Below are positions 54,951 through 64,000 of a stretch of DNA of 64,000 nt, piece by piece (within the stretch, counting starts at the first letter, position 1; each line of letters begins with the position of its first letter). The DNA is taken from contig OZ024750.1 in assembly GCA_964016885.1 (NCBI GenBank), positions 53,816,001 to 53,880,000 of the forward strand. The letters are read 5' to 3'. The notes under the pieces were generated by a model, which was given only the letters and a program-made list of their open reading frames with translations, was not told where the DNA came from and ran no database searches. A program made the position numbers and the translations under genes. Source of the DNA: Eledone cirrhosa. Taxonomy: Eukaryota.

Positions 54951-55041
54951 CCACAGACAAAAATCCTATTTTGTCTGTTTACTTTTTGCATTCATTTATA
55001 TATATATTGTTATATATATATATATATATTGTTATATAACA

Positions 55042-55073
<32 letters not shown>

Positions 55074-55200
55074 AGATATGTCAGGTTAAAATTTGTTTGT
55101 GTGAATCAATGTGCAAACAAAAATATATATGGAAAATTGCTTACCAAAGTATTACTGTTATATATATTGTTATATTTTCTACATGTATATATATTTGCAG

Positions 55201-55378
55201 GTCAATAAAATGGCTCTGAATGAAAATGCAGAAGGAGATGATTTAAAATTTATCCTTGTCGATCGAAACCCTGGAAGCAATATGAAATTCATTATTCAGG
55301 CCCCTTCAGAAGAAATCCGGGATGAGTGGATTGCTCAGATCCGTTCTATATTAGATATGCAGGGCGATTTCCTACGAG
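55201..55378 (+). CDS. PH domain C-terminal exon (VNKMALNENAEGDDLKF...DEWIAQIRSILDMQGDFLR)
   Basis: ttgcAG / GTGTGT; phase 0/1; PH terminal helix Trp. Confidence 0.95.
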
Positions 55379-55532
55379 GTGTGTATCATACAGTTTGTGA
55401 CTTAACATCTACATTTGTATTTCATATATCACCACAATAAGTTATCACTCTCTCCATAGATAATATAGGTTAGTCCTGATACACATTTCAAAGTTTATAG
55501 TGGTAGAATCTGTTATGTGAACACAAGAGATA

Positions 55533-55604
<72 letters not shown>

Positions 55605-55801
55605 CATAGTACATCAGTTAATATTGCCTGGACAAAATGTATCCAAGATTATGTGTAGATATATTGATATAAAGGTGCAAGAAAATCAGGAAAGTAAGCA
55701 ATGAGCTTACACGAAGATGGTAAAAACTGATATATATATTATAATAATAATAATAAATGGGAACAAAAAATCAGTATTGCATCATATAGCTATTTAATTA
55801 A

Positions 55802-55892
55802 ATGTTACATATGTTTCACTGCCGATTAGCTCGAGGAACAATGATAGAATAATGTTCGTTCCTGACTCTGGAATCGGAAGCTCCTTAGATAT
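55802..55892 (-). ncRNA. Decayed hammerhead motif (G5>A)
   Basis: Minus strand: atat-CTAAGGA-GCTTCCGATT...AGGAAC..GTTCCT...AATCGGCAGT-GAAAC-ATAT-GTA-acat. Confidence 0.5.
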
Positions 55893-57330
55893 GTGTTCTC
55901 ACATGTAGATTCACATCCAAATGTATATATAGATAGATATCGAGAGAGAGATAGATATGTCTGTGTGTATATATATATAGCGAAAGAGAGATGTGTGTGT
56001 ATATATGTATATATATAGATAGATATCGAGAGAAAGATAGATATGTCTGTGTGTATATATATATAGCGAAAGAGAGATGTGTGTGTATATATGTATATAT
56101 ATAGATAGATATCGAGAGAGAGATAGATATGTCTGTGTGTATATATATATATAGCGAGAGAGAGAGATGTGTGTGTATATATGTATATATATAGATAGAT
56201 ATGTCTGTGTGTATATATATATATATAGCGAGAGAGAGATGTGTGTGTATATATGTATATATATAGATAGATATCGAGAGAGAGATAGATGTCTGTGTGT
56301 ATATAGATATGTATATTGTTCATGTGGAACTTTTAGTTTATATTGTTTTTTATTGTTAGTTGTTTTTTTGATAAGTTATCATCATCATCATCATAATCAT
56401 AATCATTTTGTGTCTACTTTCCATGCTGGCATTGGTCGGATGGGTTATTTCAATGTGGGCCAATTCTTATTCAGAGTCTGTATCAACTTAGGTACGTCAA
56501 AAGACCATGTCTCTCTTATATGTTCTATTTTTTGGCATGCTTTTTACAGCTCGGTGCTCTTCTCAACACCATCCACTTTACAGAGTGTGCTGGGTGCATT
56601 TTGTTGTAGCACCAGCACTAGAGGGATTGTCTCCAACAAAACTAAAGAACCCTCTTTACCCTCTGTGATGTCTCCATTCAATCACTCACCACCTTACAGA
56701 GTGTACCAGGTGCATTTTATCATAGACTAGTATTTGAAAAGTTATGTCCTCAACAAGACTAAAGAGCCCTCCTTACCATATCATGTAATCAACTGCTTTA
56801 TCCTAAATATCTAAATACTATTTTCATGCTGTTCTCAAAAAGATGATTATTTCTTTTTAATCACTCAAAGTATTTAATTTCTCACATCATAATACACTTC
56901 TGAGTATTAAATGTAGCAGACTGTGAGTGGATGTATGTGTATGTTTGTGTGTGTGTATGTATGTATGTTTGTGTGAATCTATGTGTGTATGTATGTTTGG
57001 GTGAATGTATGTGTGTATGTATGTTTGTGTGAATCTGTGTGTGTATGTATGTTTTGGTGAATGTATATGTGTGTATGTATGTGTATGTATGTTTGGGTGA
57101 ATGTATGTGTGTGATTGTATGTGTATGTATGTTTGTGCTGTTGTTTCCAATATGGTTGGCATTGTCATATATTTCCTGATAATTATATCAACTGTAATTA
57201 GTGATATTTCTGTGTTGTATACATAATTAGGATATAGTGTATATATATATGTGTATATATATATATATATTTATGTAGATGTGTGTGGTGTATATGTATA
57301 TATATTTATGCATGTGAATATATATATGTG

Positions 57331-57369
<39 letters not shown>

Positions 57370-57439
57370 TTCATAATTTCAATATATATTGAAGTCCATA
57401 GCTGAGTCAGTTTATTTTCTATAGACTCTCTATCTTCAG

Positions 57440-57495
57440 AAAACGTCGTGGCCTCTTGCTCTGGTGCCAACATCCAACCCACACCATCTGGCTGA
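57440..57495 (+). CDS. Candidate alternative terminal exon (ENVVASCSGANIQPTPSG*)
   Basis: Pyrimidine-rich acceptor ctctctatcttcAG; phase-1 join to exon 55201-55378 reads 18 codons to TGA; no homology support. Confidence 0.35.
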
Positions 57496-57698
57496 CCGTT
57501 CAAATAACTAACATGGGTAATACTGTCAAAAGCACTGCCCAACATCCACCTGTGCTCTCATTTTCTCTCACACAAACACACCTCCCCTATTTTTTCATAT
57601 CAGAACCAAGCACCTTTTTTTACTTTATTTTGTGGATCTTGCACAATTTGATTTGAAACCAAAAGCCGTATCGTTTTTAAGTATATATGTATACATAA

Positions 57699-57742
<44 letters not shown>

Positions 57743-57872
57743 TCACGGTAAACATGTTGACTAAACAGGGTTGCGTATGCATCATGCCAATTAGTAAATA
57801 ATGATGCAATTCAATTGAAGCACTCAACGTCATGTTTTTTCTTCCAAATATTATTTTTCAGTCAGTGATGGA

Positions 57873-58308
57873 GTATATATAGAATAAGGAAAATGTTAAG
57901 TTTGGTGTAGATGTTAAAGAGTCTTTTATTAACAAAGCTGTGATACATATTCCAATGACAATCGTGGCTATGTGGTTGTTCAATCACGTAACCAGTCACA
58001 TGATATCACCAGACAGCATCTTTACGTAATAAGGTTACGTTTCCGAGGCAATCCAATCTAAAGACATGGAAATGGATATCGGCTATAAAAAAACATAATT
58101 TCTGTCCATTTCCATGTCTTTAGATTGGATTGCCTCGGAAACGTAACCTTATTACGTAAAGATGCTGTCTGGTGATATCATGTGACTGGTTACGTGATTG
58201 AACAACCACATAGCCACGATTGTCATTGGAATATGTATCACAGCTTTGTTAATAAAAGACTCTTTAACATCTACACCAAACTTAATATTTTCCTTATTCT
58301 ATATATAC
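57873..58308. repeat. Inverted repeat, 204-bp arms (1 mismatch seen), 28-nt loop
   Basis: 57873-58076 versus 58105-58308. Confidence 0.93.
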
Positions 58309-59101
58309 CTCTCTCTTATGTATATATATATATAATATAAATATATTATATATATATAATATTTATATTATGTGTCTGGTCTTGTTATGAAGTCTACCAA
58401 GGTTGTTACTATTGTCTTACGTTTGCACAATCAATGTATGCTCTGTACCTTTTTTAGAGAATAGAATTTTTTTGAAAACAATTTTTTTTTTTTTTCATTT
58501 TCATTGGGTATTTATATTTCTTTTAATTTTGGTTTACTTTTGTAAAATTGTTGGTCATTAAGCCTTTTGTCACCAAACTAATCCTCTCTTCTCTCATACT
58601 AGGTTTATTTTTAAGTGTTTATATTTATCTTACATCATAACTTTATGCTTCAAACACTAGATTAATTATTAAAAAGTTTTACTACTCAATTCTTGGATAC
58701 CAAACTGCCTGAAACCACACCTGGTTCTGCCATATAAAATTGTTTTAAAGTGTTTATATTTAACTTAAAACATTCCATCATTTTACGTAAGAACAATTGT
58801 TCCAATAAGGAAGTTAATTACTAAATCCCTCCAAATTCTTGACTATTTTCAAAATTATTCAAAAGTCATAGACATTGTTTTGTTTTATTAGACATATGGT
58901 AATGAAAGGTTTAATTTTTTAGCCCTTAATCCTTTTGATACCAACCCACTCGAAATTGCCCCTGGTTCTATAATACAGAACTGCTCATTTTAAAGTGTTT
59001 ATGTTTATTTCAAAACTTTCTATCATAATTTTATTTACATTTTTTACCTCATGTCTTGTAAGGCTTTGTGTCACTGTAAGAAATCATAGCAGGGCAACCC
59101 A

Positions 59102-59327
59102 TAAACTCTTAACATCCTGTAATTATTTAGGAGAAAGTATTTAAAAACAGGTTTGTTTATTTGAATGTTTATAGTATTGTTCCTATTAGACAGATTGTGA
59201 AAATTTGCAGTATTAGAATAAAGTGAAAACTTCAATTTTTTATGCAATACAGTAAAAGTGCTGTTTTGTCCTTTTCAAGAATGTCTTGTTAATGTGGTTT
59301 TGTGTAGTACAGGACGTTAAGGGTTAA
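59102..59327. mobile_element. Second piggyBac-like MITE family
   Basis: taaactcttaacatcctgta ... tacaggacgttaagggTTAA; partial copies near 2575-2594, 49078-49097, 60205-60223. Confidence 0.5.
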
Positions 59328-61699
59328 ATTATTTCTAAGAATGGCAATCGGAATGACCTGGCATCTTTTTTTTCTCGATTGTTCACTTCTTTCTTTAGTA
59401 TTGTTGTCACTACTGTTTACCCTAGTTCACGCTTATTGCCACAAATCATGTAGTTCAGTGTTGTAATTTTATTTTCAAACCAATCTCCAGTGTTTGTTTC
59501 ATTAGTCAATAGAGAGCAGTCTGTATGTTTGTCTAGTGATGGTTTTCAGTGTTTCTTCAGCTTCATTTTCATCATTTATACTGTTTTAAGGGCTGTTGTA
59601 ACTATTGTATAACATTGAATTATGTTGCTAGACTTGATCTAATTCCCAAGAGACAAAGAAACCATGTCTAACAGCTAAAGAATTGTGATTTTAAGCTGGT
59701 TGAATCTCATTGTTCTAATGCAGTGCTTTCCTTAGATTGTTGTGGATTATATAGTCTCCAAATGTCACAGAACCCATATATTGTATGGATAATCTCTACT
59801 ACTGTAATTTAACTCTTAACATCCTGTAAAGATTTAACAGAAAATAACTCTGTAAAGTGGTTGATAATAAGAGAGGCATCAAGCTATAGAAAATCTGTCA
59901 AACAAGGGTTGGGTGGACTTTTCACCTATATCAAAGACATGACAACCTCTCTAGGACTCGATCCATGTGGTAACATGTGAATGAGATATATGCCCATGGC
60001 CCACCTGAAAGATCAGAAGCTCTACTTGAATACTGACTTGGTCTGTACAAACCCATTCAACTTTTGCTAGCAGGGAAGATGAACATTAAATGATGATCAT
60101 GATAAAGATCTTGTTTGTATCATATAGACAGATAATTGTAAAATTTTATGTGATGTGTTGCTGTGTATTTCCAAAAATGTATTGCTTATGTGATTTGATG
60201 TGGTACAGGACTTTAAGAATTAAATAGAAAATATTGAAATCCCTCACTGCCAACACAAGAGGATCTTCAACAGTACATCAGACCACATCACTATTTCCAA
60301 CATTTAAGTACTGTACATATCAATTGGGATGCCCAACTTAGTACCTCCTGGTGTTGCTTTAACCTGAACTAACTTCTACTGCCCAACAACACTGCATGAC
60401 ATTAATCATCATCATGATGTCAACTTCTCTATGCTGACATGGGTTGAGTGGGACTTTTTGAGACAATGTTTTACATCCAGATGCCCTTCCTGACATTAAC
60501 CTTCTTAGTCGCATATCTATTCTAAACCAGATATACATAGAATTAAGTGAAACAAAAACTCTTTTAAGAGAGAATTTTTTTTTCACTATAAAAAGCTTCC
60601 TTAATTAATGGAAATTGTTTGTATTGAAGCCACTTTGGGACATAGTTCTCAACAGCAACCTAGGGAGAATTAATCTAAAATGAAAACATGTAGATGCAGC
60701 AACACAGGGGACCGATGGATCTAACATGGTTGAAATCACAATGTTTCAGTTGCTAAACATACATTCTCTGGTGTGTTATGTTCCTTATTGTCAAACACAC
60801 AACATTCACAGCACACATCACAATTAACCTCCTATTATCAATGGAAATGTAAAATGTTGAAGCATTTGGAAGGATTTAGTAAAATAACTAACTTTATTAT
60901 TATTAAGCTGGTAATTAGAACATAGCTTAATCAAATATTCTTATATAAGAATAAATTTATATGAACATTTGTGGAGGTTTCATATCATAAAAAGCAGAGA
61001 CAGTCACAGTTAGGGTAGAATTTAAAAGGTTAACTTTCTCCATCCCCCACACTCTCATTCATATTGTTGAAACCTTCTTTCATAGATATTAAGCTTTCTA
61101 GTCTGAGAATTAATGCTCTATTTTGGAATGCTGTATGTGTATGATAATATTTTCTAAATGTATGGCTGAGAGGATTCTTCAGTTTGTGTCAAGGATACAG
61201 CAACTTCCCTTGTGCTGGCGCCATTGTAAAGTGTAGGAATGCATATGAGCAGGATGTGGCCCATCTGTGAGGGCAGTAGCTCTGATTGATTGCTGACATT
61301 GTCTGAGATGACCCCATGCATGGAGAGAAGGGGACATTAAATGATGATGACTATGATATATATATATATATTATGTGTGTGCATGTAGAGATGCTTTGCT
61401 GAAAAGACCCGTCCAACCCACTCATGGAAAAATGTACATAATGATGATGATGCTGATATATAGACACACTTTTAGATCTTTTGGGGTTTTCTGATGTTAC
61501 TAAGAATCTTTAGAGACTAATTTAAATATACTGGTCTTCATTTTTTTTCACGATAAGGCTATAACATGTTATATGATCTTTGATGGGTGTTTTGTCTATC
61601 TATAATCATCATCACCCTCATCAGCATCACCACCCTCATCATCATCATCATCACCACATTGACTAGTCTATATTTGTATGAGTTGGATGGATGTTTTTC

Positions 61700-62700
61700 C
61701 AAGCACAGCGTCTTACCATTTGTTGTTGTCCTTTATCATCTTCTTTGTGAGGTTGAGTCTTTTCAGATCAGTTTTCACCACTATTACTTATCTTCCTCAG
61801 TTTTCCTTCTCTGCAACCTCCTTCCACTTGGATTACTTAGCACTTCTTAAGCCAACTGTCATTTTCCACACACATCACATGTCTGTACCAGCAATCGCCT
61901 CTCTTGCACATTACATCTGTTTCCTCTCACATTCAATTTTTCTCAGTTCATTTGTTCCCTGTCATGCACACTAACTTTTCATAAGTGGAGCATGCTCACC
62001 TCATTTCTCTCTGGCCTTTGCACATCCTTTGCATTCATTGCCCATGTTTTTCTACCATGCAGCATTGAACTTCATACATAAGAGCTATGCAATTTGTGTT
62101 TCACTCAGAAAAATAGAATTATTTTGTTGTTAGCAGAGGTAATAGTTCTCTGAATTTTTTCCACCTCATTCTTATTCTGGTTACTATTCCACCAATAGTT
62201 ATGTCACCAAGGTAATGGATGCTGTTAACTATTTTTAAAGACTTTCAAGTATTTGAAAGAATATACATAATGGTGGCTCTTACTGTTAACTAACCATGTG
62301 CATCTGCTAAATATTTCTTGTCTATCAGCCTTCCTATCATCCCTCTTTATATCTTATGCACATTGCACATGGAGGAGTCCTTCTTTCCTGCTAACTAAAA
62401 TGTTTGGCTTTACTAGGTTTACTTTGAGACCTTCCAATTTTAGGTTTTGCTTCCATGTTTTGGAATTTCTTATTTTTAGACAGATTCCATTATGAGAATT
62501 AGGGCATCAATATACAGACGTTCCCATGGACATGCCAGCTTAAGAGGGGCCTGAGAATTGAGCCTTAATGGAGACCTACCTGGATGCTAAATTCCTTGCT
62601 AATGTCATTGCTTCTCATTCATTATCGTACTCTCAGATGCTTAATGCTTCATAACCTTTGAGATAAGATTCAGCTTGATAAGCCTCTCAACTAGAGACAG
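61700..62700 (-). mobile_element. Highly decayed RTE-type LINE fragment
   Basis: Resembles the other minus-strand RTE copies (catcacatgtc..taccag, ttcccatgggacatgccag); no open frame. Confidence 0.5.
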
Positions 62701-63175
62701 GCTTTAAGAAATATCATTAACAATCATGTTTACTAATTAAGGCAGAGAATTTCACAGTCATTAGGCATCAAATTAAGTACCTTGGTTCTCTGTGTTCTGA
62801 GTTCAAATCCCACTTAGGTCAACTTTCTTTTTCATCCCTAGAGAATTGATAAAGTACCAGTTGATGTATAGTGAATTAGCAGAATTGTTAAAGAGTCAAA
62901 CAGGATGCTTTGTGGTGTGTGATCTGGCTCTGTATTTTCTGAGTTCAAATCCAGCTCCTTCCTGCCAGGAGTTGTGACCAGCAGATAGTATCAGCAATGG
63001 AAAAAACTATCCTTCAATTATTTTGCAAAAATATCTAAGAATGTCCTACTAATGTGGTACTGAACAGGTTAAGATTTAAACACTGTATTTTTTAATGTTT
63101 ATATTCATGTATTTGTTATGTTTGTGCATGTAATTAGAAAAAATCATTAAATGAAAATCATTATTGTTGTTACAG

Positions 63176-63221
63176 CTCTTCAATCACCAATTGCCTATCA
63201 GAAAGAGCGGATAAAAGAGCT
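63176..63221 (+). CDS. Post-PH exon (ALQSPIAYQKERIKEL)
   Basis: ttacAG acceptor, phase 1 joins the previous exon; ALxSPIxYQ motif of Trio/p63RhoGEF; followed by GTAAGT, which also contains an in-frame TAA. Confidence 0.92.
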
Positions 63222-63531
63222 GTAAGTACTTTGCCTTTCCGGATGTGTAACACAGTTCGTACAGTAGCCAATACCTCAACAGATTGTAGCTATCTCTTGG
63301 ATTACAGGCCAATCTATTCTACTTTGCCTATAATTTCTGGATAGACCAGGCTACAGTTGTTATTCTTCCTTTAAAAACGAAAGAAAGAAAGAAATAACAA
63401 AAAATAAACTTGATTTTAAAAAAACACACACATACATATATACATTATATATAAATATAAATGAATATATACATAGACACATACATATATAGAGACACAT
63501 ACATACGTTTGTTTCCTTTATTAACTATATA

Positions 63532-63585
<54 letters not shown>

Positions 63586-64000
63586 TGTATATGCGCAAAG
63601 CAAAGGAAAGAAAAACCATCAGGGTTTCATTGACTTGGCATAGTTTTTTTAAAATCCTGAATGACTAAATGTTTTAGTCTCAACTGACACGAACTACACA
63701 TGTGAATTGTCCGAAAGTCAGTTGGGTTTTTTTTTTTTGGTTTACGGAGTTAATAACTGCAACAGTTTAACTACTCTTGCTCTTTTCTTCCTTCTCCAGT
63801 TTTTAAAAGTTGGTCTCATGGAGTTGGTTCATAAACATACACACACGCACACAAACACACTGATGGTGACTCTGTATCAGTAGTTGTTCTCTCTCCTCTT
63901 CTCTCTCCTCTTCTTTATCACACACAGACTTCTGCTTTGTTTTATTACATCAACACTTTTCACTGCTACTGCTACTACTACTACTGATGATGGTAATGAT

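Overview
Eukaryotic, AT-rich, microsatellite-dense DNA, most likely from a coleoid cephalopod (octopus-like SINE families and (TA)n density; species is an inference). The window is intragenic. Twelve small + strand exons, hand-spliced with GT/AG sites and matching phases, encode the linker plus second DH-PH (RhoGEF2) module of a Trio/Kalirin-family protein. The introns hold RTE-type LINE fragments, two Penelope-like element (PLE) remnants, CORE- and Meta-type tRNA SINEs, MITEs and many minisatellites. Nearly all long ORFs in the supplied track are repeat artefacts. The unexplained signal is about ten minimal type-I hammerhead ribozyme (HHR) motifs. Several have non-canonical cores (compensatory U3-A8, and C4), and several sit in long fold-back elements inserted in (TA)n/(ATT)n tracts. 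Candidate alternative C-termini of the RhoGEF are also visible. Repeat boundaries are approximate, and no searches or folding programs were run.
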